Of a stretch of 64,000 nucleotides of DNA, positions 1-9,737 are shown one piece after another. Source of the stretch: Chitinophagaceae bacterium (GTDB taxonomy: Bacteria; Bacteroidota; Bacteroidia; Chitinophagales; Chitinophagaceae). The notes below the pieces were generated by a model. It saw only the letters and a list, made by a program, of their open reading frames with translations. It was not told where the DNA came from and ran no database searches. The stretch covers positions 5,788 through 69,787 of the forward strand of contig DASZPM010000016.1 of NCBI GenBank assembly GCA_035550215.1. The letters run 5' to 3'. Every line of letters starts with the position of its first letter. Within the stretch, counting starts at the first letter, position 1. Both the position numbers and the translations under genes were made by a program.

Positions 1-477
1 GATAAGCTGGAGGAAGTATCAGGCTGGAAAAGCAGGAAGAAAAACGAGGGATACGGGGTGGCCATTACCGAATGTTTTTCAAGTACAGTCGGAGAAGTGG
101 TGAAAGTATCGCGGGACGGAGAAGGCAGGGTAAAAATAGACCATGTATGGGCGGTAATGGATTGTGGTTGGTATGTTAACCCTGATATTATTAAAGCGCA
201 GGTGGAAGGGTCAATTGTTATGGCTTTGGGTGCTGCAACTGCGCACGAAATAACTTATAAGGATGGGCTTACAGTTGAAAAGAATTTTTACGCGTATAAC
301 ATGCCAAGGATAAATGATGTTCCGCCGATAGATGTATATGTAATGGATAACGATGCGGATGCGGGCGGAGTAGGAGAGCCGGGGCTGCCACCGTTTTCAC
401 CTGCGTTAACCAATGCCATCTTTGACCTGACAGGTAAGCGGATAAGAAAGCTTCCGTTTAGTTTAAATTCAATTTAG
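1..477 (+). CDS. Molybdopterin-binding subunit of an aldehyde oxidase/xanthine dehydrogenase-family oxidoreductase (IorB-like), C-terminal fragment. The 5' end lies outside the window.
   Basis: Frame 1 is open from base 1 to TAG at 475-477. The C-terminal block GGVGEPGLPPFSPALTNAIFDLTGKRIRKLPF is typical of Moco-binding subunits. Moco, XdhC and MocA genes follow directly. Confidence 0.8.
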   Translation, partial: DKLEEVSGWKSRKKNEGYGVAITECFSSTVGEVVKVSRDGEGRVKIDHVWAVMDCGWYVNPDIIKAQVEGSIVMALGAATAHEITYKDGLTVEKNFYAYNMPRINDVPPIDVYVMDNDADAGGVGEPGLPPFSPALTNAIFDLTGKRIRKLPFSLNSI

Positions 478-562
478 CGCATAGTGCTTTGCTATGCCAG
501 CATAGAAGTGTCTTGGCGCTTCCCGGGGATGTTTTACCTTTAACATGGGTTAGGATTATAAA

Positions 563-1048
563 ATGGCAGAACAGTTTACACATATTGACAGTACAACAGG
601 GCAACCCGGCATGGTGGATGTGCAGGAAAAAGCCATTACCAGGCGACAGGCAACAGCCCAAAGCATTGTGATGCTGGGTAAAAGTATAATGCAGCAATTA
701 GAAGGCGGCGACATTCATACACGAAAAGGCCCGGTATTTCAAACTGCAATAATAGCGGGAACAATGGCGGCAAAAAAGACGGCAGATTTAATTCCGTTTT
801 GTCATCCGCTGGCATTAGAAAATTGCAAACTCACTATTGTTCCGCGCAATGATGCGGAAATCATAATAACCTGTACAGTGACTATTACAGGCAAAACGGG
901 TGTGGAAATGGAGGCATTAACAGGCGCCAGCGTTGCGGCATTGACAATTTACGATATGTGCAAGGCACTTTCTCACGACATAATTATCAGCGAAACAAAA
1001 TTAGTGGCTAAAACAGGTGGCAAGAGTGATTATGGTAACAGAAACTAA
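563..1048 (+). CDS. moaC: Cyclic pyranopterin monophosphate synthase MoaC
   Basis: 161 aa with an ATG start. MoaC-like blocks are present (HIDSTTGQPGMVDV, IPFCHPL, TGKTGVEMEALTGASVAALTIYDMCKA). Confidence 0.95.
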   Translation: MAEQFTHIDSTTGQPGMVDVQEKAITRRQATAQSIVMLGKSIMQQLEGGDIHTRKGPVFQTAIIAGTMAAKKTADLIPFCHPLALENCKLTIVPRNDAEIIITCTVTITGKTGVEMEALTGASVAALTIYDMCKALSHDIIISETKLVAKTGGKSDYGNRN

Positions 1049-2183
1049 AGGGCATATTAAACATGCGCAGCTAACAAAACCTGCACTGGGTATTTTTGGT
1101 CGTAACGAGTTGGCCATTCTGGGCACATCCTGCGGGAATATTCAGCGCCTGGCACAAACAATTATTGAAGGGTTACCTGGATATAAATTTGGTTTTACAG
1201 ACGCTTCACACCATGACAATGAAGATTCTGCCCCCTCAATCGCTTCTGTCTCAACTATACAAAAAAGTAATACGACCCAGGTTGATTTTTTGGGGACCTT
1301 CAATTATATACACCAACGCACATTATTTAACGACGCTACATTTGTGCTTGTAAATGGCAACCATTTTACTGCTACCCGGCAGGTTGTGGTAATTGATGAT
1401 GCCAAACCGCTGCACAAAAAAATTGACAGGCTTACCAATGTATGCCTTGTGCTGTTGCAGGAAGGTATAACTACTATACCCGGCTTCCTTGCTGAACAAG
1501 TGCCCGGCATTAAGAATGTACCTGTGTTTTCTATTGCGGATAACCAGTCTATTATAAGATTTATTGACAGCCTTATAAAATATGCGACGCCTGTTTTAAA
1601 CGGGCTTGTGCTTGCGGGTGGTGAAAGCAAAAGAATGGGCAGCGATAAAGGGAGCCTTATTTATCATCCAAAACTTACCCAGCGGCAGTACATACATAGC
1701 TTGCTTAAAGAACATTGCAATGGTGATGTTTTTGTGTCGTGCAATGCATCACAAGAAGACGCTGTAACTGCCGAAGGACTGCCGTTTATTACAGACAGTT
1801 TTACAGGGCTCGGCCCTATAGGCGGTATATTGTCGGCATTCAGGCATAACCCTAACGCTGCATGGCTTACGGTGGCATGCGACATGCCACACCTCTCCGG
1901 CGGGCTGATTCATAATCTTACGGAAAACAGGAATATTGCTAAGATGGCTACGGCATTTCGCAATAACGAAAATAATGGCTGGCCTGAGCCGCTACTCACT
2001 ATATGGGAGCCACAAAGTTACCAATGGCTATTGCAATTGCTGGCCCAGGGTTATTCCTGCCCGAGAAAGGCATTGATAAATGCAGGCATAGCCTTACTGG
2101 AAATAGAAGATGCTGCAGTGTTGCATAATGTTAATGACTACAGCGATTACTTAACTACATTAAATAACCTGGAGAACGCATAA
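1032..2183 (+). CDS. mobA: MobB-like N-terminal domain fused to molybdenum cofactor guanylyltransferase MobA
   Basis: The C-terminal half carries the MobA motif LVLAGGESKRMGSDKG. The N-terminal half resembles MobB (DASHHD, VLVNGNHF) but has GTSCGNI where the P-loop should be. First ATG is at 1032; the ORF track uses GTG at 1017. It overlaps the end of moaC. Confidence 0.85.
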   Translation: MVTETKGHIKHAQLTKPALGIFGRNELAILGTSCGNIQRLAQTIIEGLPGYKFGFTDASHHDNEDSAPSIASVSTIQKSNTTQVDFLGTFNYIHQRTLFNDATFVLVNGNHFTATRQVVVIDDAKPLHKKIDRLTNVCLVLLQEGITTIPGFLAEQVPGIKNVPVFSIADNQSIIRFIDSLIKYATPVLNGLVLAGGESKRMGSDKGSLIYHPKLTQRQYIHSLLKEHCNGDVFVSCNASQEDAVTAEGLPFITDSFTGLGPIGGILSAFRHNPNAAWLTVACDMPHLSGGLIHNLTENRNIAKMATAFRNNENNGWPEPLLTIWEPQSYQWLLQLLAQGYSCPRKALINAGIALLEIEDAAVLHNVNDYSDYLTTLNNLENA

Positions 2184-2422
2184 TGGAGTTATTATTATTC
2201 GGCGTAACAAAAGAAATAGTTGGCAAAAGTAAATTAACAATAACGGCAGATAAAAGCATACCTGACGTTGGTTCATTAAAGCAATGGCTTGCGTTGCAAT
2301 ATCCCGCGTTGAGCGCGCTGAAATCACTGGCAATTGCCGTTGATAATGAATACGCCGGCGACGGCGAAACATTAAAAGAAGGATCTGAAATTGCATTGAT
2401 ACCACCGGTAAGTGGGGGATAA
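2183..2422 (+). CDS. moaD: Molybdopterin synthase sulfur-carrier subunit MoaD
   Basis: 79 aa with a ThiS/MoaD-like size and a C-terminal Gly-Gly (IPPVSGG). Its start overlaps the mobA stop (TAATG). Confidence 0.85.
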   Translation: MELLLFGVTKEIVGKSKLTITADKSIPDVGSLKQWLALQYPALSALKSLAIAVDNEYAGDGETLKEGSEIALIPPVSGG

Positions 2423-2426
2423 GGGT

Positions 2427-2837
2427 ATGTTATTAAAGATTGTTGAACATATAGATATTGCAGAAGCATATAATTATTTACAGCACCCGTCCTGTGGTGC
2501 AGTAAATCTTTTTATTGGCACCGTTCGTGACCGTTCACGGGGCAAGGAAGTTACCAAACTGGTGTTTGAGGCCTATGAAACTATGGCATTGAAAGAATTT
2601 GAAAAGATTGCCTTGCTGGCTAAACAACAATGGCCGCTGGAGAGAATAACCGTTATACATGCGACAGGTGAAAAGCTTCCAGGTGATGCGGTGGTAGCGG
2701 TTGGTGTAGCATCGCCTCACCGGCAAGCAGTTTTTGAAGCTACTGCTTTTATAATGCAGGAATTGAAGACAACTGTCCCAATATGGAAACATGAATATTA
2801 CGGGGACGAAAGTGTGTGGATTAACGCTCACCCCTGA
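2427..2837 (+). CDS. moaE: Molybdopterin synthase catalytic subunit MoaE
   Basis: It aligns by eye with E. coli MoaE (RITVIHATGEKLPGDAVVAVGVASPHR, PIWKHE). ATG is at 2427, just after the moaD stop; the ORF track uses GTG at 2412. Confidence 0.9.
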   Translation: MLLKIVEHIDIAEAYNYLQHPSCGAVNLFIGTVRDRSRGKEVTKLVFEAYETMALKEFEKIALLAKQQWPLERITVIHATGEKLPGDAVVAVGVASPHRQAVFEATAFIMQELKTTVPIWKHEYYGDESVWINAHP

Positions 2838-2842
2838 CAATT

Positions 2843-3835
2843 ATGGCAGAAAAGAAATTAATAGATAAATACGGCCGGCAACTCAATTACCTGCGCTTGT
2901 CAGTTACAGACCGGTGCAATATACGTTGCCGGTATTGTATGCCTGAAGAGGGGATGTTGTTTGCACAAAAAGACGCGCTGTTTACATTTGAGGAACTGCT
3001 GCATATCTCCAGGATATTTTGCGGGCTTGGTATAAGTAAAATACGTATTACAGGTGGTGAGCCTTTTGTGCGCAAAGGGTTGATGCTCTTCCTGCAGCAA
3101 CTATCCCAACTGCCTCAATTAAAAGATATTCTTATTACAACCAACGGGACTTTAATAGACAAGTATATTGATGACCTTCTGCAAACACGCATACGCAAGA
3201 TAAACATCAGTCTCGATTCTCTCGATGCTAACCGTTTTTTTCAAATTACCCGCCGCGATAGTTTTGATACGGTATATGCAAATGTTTTTGCATTACTCAA
3301 AGCAGGCTTTGAAATAAAACTGAACTGTGTGTTGTCCTCAAAAATTAATTCGCCTGATATTATCCCTTTTATTGAGCTGACAAAAAATTACCCGCTTGCT
3401 GTACGGTTTTTAGAGGAAATGCCATTCAACGGGAGTGCGCAATTTGATGAGGAGCAATGGAATTATACCGACATATATAATCACATCAATCAACACTATG
3501 CCTTTATCCATAAAATAAAGGATGAAGCTGCATCAACTTCTGTCAATTACTGTGTACCTGGTTACAAAGGTACTTTTGGGATAATACCAGCGTTCAGCAG
3601 GACATTTTGCGGAACATGTAACAGGATACGATTGTCAGCGACAGGCGAATTACGTACATGCCTGTACGGGCCGCCGGTTGCTAATCTTCGCGATGTGTTA
3701 AGGGACGGAGCATCTTCAGAGGATATTGAAAATGTTATAACAGATGCCGTGCAGAGCCGGCTAAAAGACGGGAATGAAGCGGAGGCATTGAGGCATGAAA
3801 CAGTGTACGATTCGATGTCGGTATTGGGAGGGTAG
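2843..3835 (+). CDS. moaA: GTP 3',8-cyclase MoaA (radical SAM)
   Basis: CNIRCRYC is a CxxxCxxC radical-SAM motif. A C-terminal Cys cluster (CGTCNRIRLSATGELRTC) and a terminal Gly-Gly are present. Confidence 0.95.
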   Translation: MAEKKLIDKYGRQLNYLRLSVTDRCNIRCRYCMPEEGMLFAQKDALFTFEELLHISRIFCGLGISKIRITGGEPFVRKGLMLFLQQLSQLPQLKDILITTNGTLIDKYIDDLLQTRIRKINISLDSLDANRFFQITRRDSFDTVYANVFALLKAGFEIKLNCVLSSKINSPDIIPFIELTKNYPLAVRFLEEMPFNGSAQFDEEQWNYTDIYNHINQHYAFIHKIKDEAASTSVNYCVPGYKGTFGIIPAFSRTFCGTCNRIRLSATGELRTCLYGPPVANLRDVLRDGASSEDIENVITDAVQSRLKDGNEAEALRHETVYDSMSVLGG

Positions 3836-3839
3836 AGCA

Positions 3840-4904
3840 ATGAATATAAACCGCTATATAAGGCAGGAGCATTTGCAGGGCTTTGGAACTGCGGCGCAAC
3901 AAAAACTTGCAGCGGCAAGTGTGCTGGTGGTGGGCGCAGGGGGGCTTGGCGTACCAGCATTGCAATACTTATGCGGTATGGGCATTGGTAAAATAGGTAT
4001 TGTTGACGGGGATACAGTAAGTATAACCAACCTGCACAGGCAGGTGCTGTATGATGAAGCCGATATTAATAAAAGCAAAGCTTTTACCGCTGCTGCTAAA
4101 TTAAAACAACTGAACAGCCATATTTGTATTGACATATATGATACTATGCTGACCGCTGCTAATGCCATTGATATCATCAGCAAATATGATGTGGTAATTG
4201 ATGCAACTGACAATTTTACCGCGCGCTATATTGTTAATGACGCCTGTATAATAACGGGTAAACCTTTTGTGTATGGAGCCATTCAAAGTTGGGAGGCGCA
4301 ACTAAGCGTGTTTAATTATAAAGGCGGCCCTACTTACCGCTGTGTATATCCAACAACGCCGGGGACGAACGAAATACCCGATTGCAATACAGCAGGGGTG
4401 CTTGGTGTTGTACCTGGCATTGTCGGGTGCAGGCAGGCACTTGAGGCTGTTAAAATTATAACAGGCGTTGGAAAACCGCTTTCCGGCAGGTTAAAAATAT
4501 TTGACTTTGAAAATGATGCTGAATACAGCGTTAAGTTAACTTCAAATCCTGTCAACAGGCAAATAACATCATTAGCCGGTAATGAGATGCAAGAATGTGC
4601 GGCAGTGTATAAGAACCTATCCCCGTATGAATTGAATGAATGGTTTTTGCAAGGAAAAGAGTTTTTGTTGTTGGATGTTAGAGAGGAGCAGGAGTATAAT
4701 AACGGGCATATTGAGCAGGCTGTAAATGTGCCTTTAAGTATTTTGCCCGGTGAAGTATTTGCAACCGGGCGGCCATTGGTTACCATGTGTAAATCAGGCG
4801 CAAGAAGCCAGCGTGCGGCTACGCTGCTCAGGGAAAAAAATAATGAACTGGACCTGTACAATTTAACAGGCGGTTTTGATAACTGGATTGCTGTTACCAA
4901 ATAA
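3840..4904 (+). CDS. moeB: MoeB/ThiF-type adenylyltransferase with a C-terminal rhodanese domain (MoeZ-like)
   Basis: VLVVGAGGLGVPALQYLCGMGIGKIGIVDGD is the E1-like nucleotide-binding fold. The C-terminal rhodanese domain has the active-site loop CKSGARS. ATG at 3840 lies 4 nt after the moaA stop. Confidence 0.9.
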   Translation: MNINRYIRQEHLQGFGTAAQQKLAAASVLVVGAGGLGVPALQYLCGMGIGKIGIVDGDTVSITNLHRQVLYDEADINKSKAFTAAAKLKQLNSHICIDIYDTMLTAANAIDIISKYDVVIDATDNFTARYIVNDACIITGKPFVYGAIQSWEAQLSVFNYKGGPTYRCVYPTTPGTNEIPDCNTAGVLGVVPGIVGCRQALEAVKIITGVGKPLSGRLKIFDFENDAEYSVKLTSNPVNRQITSLAGNEMQECAAVYKNLSPYELNEWFLQGKEFLLLDVREEQEYNNGHIEQAVNVPLSILPGEVFATGRPLVTMCKSGARSQRAATLLREKNNELDLYNLTGGFDNWIAVTK

Positions 4905-4920
4905 TTTTAAATAAAGCATT

Positions 4921-5694
4921 ATGCCGGACTGGAATACGATACTAATTATAGCAGCAGGCTTCTTTGTAATAGCTACGTTGTATTCATCAGTTGGTTTTGG
5001 TGGCGGCTCAAGCTATCTTGCGCTAATGGCATTGTTTGTAACAGATTTTCACGCCATTAAAACCATTGCTTTATTGTGTAACCTTGTGGTAGTTACCAAT
5101 GGCTCTTACCTTTTTTATAAGCGGGGCTTTTTTGACTGGAAAAAATTTATACCACTGGTAATATGCAGTGTGCCTGCCGCATTTTTTGGCGCGATGATGA
5201 GGCTTACACAGCACTCATTTTTTATTGCACTGGGTTGCGTGCTAATCCTTGCCGGTATTTTATTGCTCGTTCAAATTTATTTGCGCCCTTCCGCCGGCCC
5301 CGGTAAATCATTCCCTTCATGGATGAATCTAGTATTAGGTACAGCCATCGGTTTCCTGTCTGGCATGGTCGGCATCGGCGGAGGTATTTTATTATCGCCC
5401 ATACTTAACCTGCTGCAGTGGGATAACGCAAAAAAAATTGCAGCACTTGCCAGTTTTTTTATCCTGGTCAATTCCATATCAGGATTATTAGGGCAACTCG
5501 CCGGGGGCACTCTGCAATTTAACAGCACATTATTTTTACCTTTACTGGTTGCTGTTTTTATCGGCGGACAATTAGGTACGAGATTAAGTTTGAACCTAAT
5601 AAAAGCCAGTGTTGTAAAGGGTTTAACCGGTGTGCTGGTGGCCTACATTGGTATAAAATTGATTTTACAATACACCAAAGGCATTAATATATGA
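4921..5694 (+). CDS. TauE/SafE (DUF81) family anion-exporter-like membrane protein
   Basis: 257 aa and polytopic. Two internally related halves carry the family-typical GGG motifs (VGFGGGSSY and GIGGGILLSP). Confidence 0.8.
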   Translation: MPDWNTILIIAAGFFVIATLYSSVGFGGGSSYLALMALFVTDFHAIKTIALLCNLVVVTNGSYLFYKRGFFDWKKFIPLVICSVPAAFFGAMMRLTQHSFFIALGCVLILAGILLLVQIYLRPSAGPGKSFPSWMNLVLGTAIGFLSGMVGIGGGILLSPILNLLQWDNAKKIAALASFFILVNSISGLLGQLAGGTLQFNSTLFLPLLVAVFIGGQLGTRLSLNLIKASVVKGLTGVLVAYIGIKLILQYTKGINI

Positions 5695-6878
5695 TTGCCG
5701 TAGCTGAGGCGCTTGAGTTTATTTTGAAACAGCAAAGAGATTATGGAATAGAAGAAGCTGACCTTCTGCAATCCACCGGGCGTATTCTCGCAACCGATAT
5801 AAAAGCCGACCGCGATTATCCTGCGTTTGACAGGGTAATGATGGATGGTATCGCGATAAATACCCGTGCCTTTGAAAGTAATATTAATGAATTTGTGATA
5901 CAGTCGATACAGGCGGCCGGCGATGAACCTGCAGTACTTAACGGCATTCAGAATTGCATTGAAATAATGACGGGTGCAGTGTTGCCTGCCAATTGCGATG
6001 CGGTTGTACCTTATGAAGAGTTGACGATAGCAGGTAATACTGCAATAATCAAAGCAACAAGTATCAAGCAATTTCAAAATGTGCACAAAAAAGGCAGCGA
6101 CGGCGTACAGGATACGGTACTGTTGAATGCTAATACAAAAATGACCGCAGCACACGCAGGTATTCTTGCCTCCGTTGGCGCTGGCCGTGTGCCAGTTAAG
6201 CGGTTGCCTTCAACGGTTGTTTGCTCTACAGGAAATGAATTGGTAGAAATAGATGAGCAGCCTTTACCCCACCAATTGAGGATGTCTAATCTTTATATGC
6301 TGGCAGCTTTATTGAAAAAAGATAACATTACGGCAAGCCTTCACCATATACCGGATGACGAAGCAGCTATGACTTCAACACTCACGGCGCTTATTGCACA
6401 ACATGAAGTGGTAATATTATCGGGCGCAGTATCAAAAGGTAAGTTTGACTACCTGCCCGGGGTATTAAAATCTTTGGGTATGCGCACTATTTTTCACCGC
6501 ATTGCACAACGGCCGGGTAAACCCATGCTGTTTGGCGAATGCCCTAATGGTACATTAATATTTGGTTTCCCCGGTAACCCCATGTCAACATTTGTATGTT
6601 ACCAGGTATATTTCAAAGCATGGTTATATCAATCCCAGCAATACAATGCTCCCCTAACAATAGCAAGGCTTGGTAAAACGGTCACGTTCACGCCAAATCT
6701 CTCATACCACTTACCTGTATTTTTGCTTAATGAGGGAGGCCTGGTAAAAGCAATCCCTGTACCCGGTAATAATTCAGGCGATATACCTTCGCTGGCTGTA
6801 GTGGAAGGGCTGGTTACCCTTCCCCCGGAAAAAAGTATATTTGAAGAAGGTATAACAGTAAATGTGACTCTTTGTTAA
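5691..6878 (+). CDS. moeA: Molybdopterin molybdenumtransferase MoeA
   Basis: 395 aa with MoeA blocks (FDRVMMDGIAI, EIMTGAVLP, ILSGAVSKGKFDY, RPGKPMLFG). There is an ATGA overlap with the upstream gene. Confidence 0.9.
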   Translation: MIAVAEALEFILKQQRDYGIEEADLLQSTGRILATDIKADRDYPAFDRVMMDGIAINTRAFESNINEFVIQSIQAAGDEPAVLNGIQNCIEIMTGAVLPANCDAVVPYEELTIAGNTAIIKATSIKQFQNVHKKGSDGVQDTVLLNANTKMTAAHAGILASVGAGRVPVKRLPSTVVCSTGNELVEIDEQPLPHQLRMSNLYMLAALLKKDNITASLHHIPDDEAAMTSTLTALIAQHEVVILSGAVSKGKFDYLPGVLKSLGMRTIFHRIAQRPGKPMLFGECPNGTLIFGFPGNPMSTFVCYQVYFKAWLYQSQQYNAPLTIARLGKTVTFTPNLSYHLPVFLLNEGGLVKAIPVPGNNSGDIPSLAVVEGLVTLPPEKSIFEEGITVNVTLC

Positions 6879-7978
6879 TGAAAGAAATTAAACAAATAAT
6901 AGCGGCGTATGACAAGGCAACTGCAGCCGGCAAAAAAGCTGCCCTTGCCACAGTTGTAACGGTGGAAGGCTCTTCTTACCGGCGGCCGGGAGCACGTATG
7001 CTTGTTACAGAAGATGGCATGCTTACAGGCGCAATTAGTGGCGGCTGTCTTGAGGGGGATGCATTAAGAAAGGCCCAGTTTGCCATGATACGGGAGCAGG
7101 CGGTTATAGTGAAATATGACACATCGGATGAGGATGACCTGAAATTTGGTGTACAGTTGGGCTGTAATGGTATTATTCATATTTTGATTGAGCCAATTGT
7201 GGCAGCAGGTAGAGACAATCCTATTGAATTACTTAAAGCCGCTGTTGCAAAGAGACAATATGCGGTAATTGCCACTGTGTTCGCAGTTCAACATAACAAT
7301 ATACAACCCGGAACATGCCTGTTGTTAACCAACAGTGATGTTATAAAAAGAAATGATGCAGCCGGTTTATTTTTAGATGCAACCGTTGCTCTTCAAACCC
7401 GGCAGAGCATGACAAAACAATATACAACAGATGCGGATTACACTGCCTTTATTGAAGTGCTTGCGCCTGAGGTTTCATTGCTGATATTTGGGGCGGGGAA
7501 TGATGCAATACCGCTTGTTGATATGGCTAATATTCTTGGATGGCAAGTTACAGTAATTGATGGCCGCAGGCAATATGCAACACCACAAAGGTTTCCTTCC
7601 TGCACTGTAGCTGTAGCAAAACCCGGGGAAGCGCTGGCAAACATCAGTACGGATGAGCGTACTGTTGCAATACTTCTCACACACAATTATAACTACGATT
7701 TTGAGATGCTGAAAATACTGGTGCCGAAACGGTTACCATATATAGGTGTGCTTGGCCCGAAAAAGAAGATGCTGCGTATGGAAGAGCAATTACAGGAAGA
7801 AGGCATTATTTGGAGCGATGAATTGTGGCAACCAGTGCATGGACCATCTGGCCTGGATATTGGCGCCGAAACCTCTGAAGAAATTGCTTTATCCATATTG
7901 GCTGAAATAAAAGCCACGCTTGAAAAAAAAGAAGGCGAGCCGTTACGCAGTAAATCAACCAATATTCACGCAGTATAA
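6878..7978 (+). CDS. xdhC: XdhC/CoxI-family Moco insertion chaperone
   Basis: The N-terminal XdhC_CoxI block is ALATVVTVEGSSYRRPGARMLV. The C-terminal Rossmann-like block is LLIFGAGNDAIPLV...VTVIDGR. ATG overlaps the moeA stop (TAATG). Confidence 0.85.
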   Translation: MKEIKQIIAAYDKATAAGKKAALATVVTVEGSSYRRPGARMLVTEDGMLTGAISGGCLEGDALRKAQFAMIREQAVIVKYDTSDEDDLKFGVQLGCNGIIHILIEPIVAAGRDNPIELLKAAVAKRQYAVIATVFAVQHNNIQPGTCLLLTNSDVIKRNDAAGLFLDATVALQTRQSMTKQYTTDADYTAFIEVLAPEVSLLIFGAGNDAIPLVDMANILGWQVTVIDGRRQYATPQRFPSCTVAVAKPGEALANISTDERTVAILLTHNYNYDFEMLKILVPKRLPYIGVLGPKKKMLRMEEQLQEEGIIWSDELWQPVHGPSGLDIGAETSEEIALSILAEIKATLEKKEGEPLRSKSTNIHAV

Positions 7979-7980
7979 AT

Positions 7981-8574
7981 ATGACTGGTATTATTATACT
8001 TGCAGCCGGCGGGTCGGCGCGTATGGGTACAGCAAAGCAACAGTTGCTCTATAAAAGTAAAAGCCTTTTAGAAAATGCTGTATCAACCGCTTTGGCTGCT
8101 AATGCAGGCATTGTGGTAGTAGTATTAGGATACGAAGCCGATAAGATAACGCCTTTAATCAAGAGCTGTAATATTTCAATTACCATTAATGGGAATTGGC
8201 GTGCGGGTATGGGCAGCTCAATAAGTAAAGGTATGCTGCACCTTCTTAATATGCAGCCCGCTGTTGACGACGCTATAATTATGTTGTGTGACCAGCCCCT
8301 GGTTACGGCAGATGTGTTACATAAATTAATAGAAACCAGGGCATCGGTTGGATGCGGCATTGTGGCGTGCACCTACGGCGGTACTGTAGGTGTTCCTGCC
8401 CTTTTTGATAAAGTATATTTTGACAAACTGGTTTCATTAGAGGGTGAAAGTGGCGCAAAAAAAATCCTGCACCAGTTCGCTGATGATGTGGCGTCAATAA
8501 ATTTTCCCGGTGGGGCGATTGATATTGACACACCGGAAGATTTTGAAAGATTGAATACACCCGGAAATTTTTGA
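7981..8574 (+). CDS. mocA: Molybdenum cofactor cytidylyltransferase (MocA-like nucleotidyltransferase)
   Basis: IILAAGGSARMGTAKQ is the NTP-transferase motif. The protein is 197 aa and lies directly after xdhC and near a Moco oxidoreductase. Confidence 0.8.
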   Translation: MTGIIILAAGGSARMGTAKQQLLYKSKSLLENAVSTALAANAGIVVVVLGYEADKITPLIKSCNISITINGNWRAGMGSSISKGMLHLLNMQPAVDDAIIMLCDQPLVTADVLHKLIETRASVGCGIVACTYGGTVGVPALFDKVYFDKLVSLEGESGAKKILHQFADDVASINFPGGAIDIDTPEDFERLNTPGNF

Positions 8575-8599
8575 GATGCCCGGAAAAATCGCTGCAGGC

Positions 8600-9625
<1,026 letters not shown>

Positions 9626-9737
9626 TTAAAACATCCTGCGATCGTATATCCTGGAACCCGCTCAAATTATTACAGGGCAAAGTTAGAGCGTCAAAAAGGG
9701 GTAAAACAAACAAAAAACAAGCAATGCATTACAAAAT

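Noticed and set aside
478-562. Possible Moco riboswitch upstream of moaC
   Set aside because: The spacer is only ~85 nt, and I could not find the conserved Moco-motif stems or loops. No convincing structure is present.
3562-6155. Long antisense ORFs inside moaA, moeB and moeA (for example 3562..3960, 4334..4900, 5643..6155)
   Set aside because: They lie entirely opposite well-supported genes. Their composition is odd (Cys/Arg/Leu-rich or low-complexity) and they carry no motifs. They are typical shadow ORFs. The same reasoning applies to 15207..15752, 47173..47661, 52685..53302 and the other short overlapping ORFs in the track.
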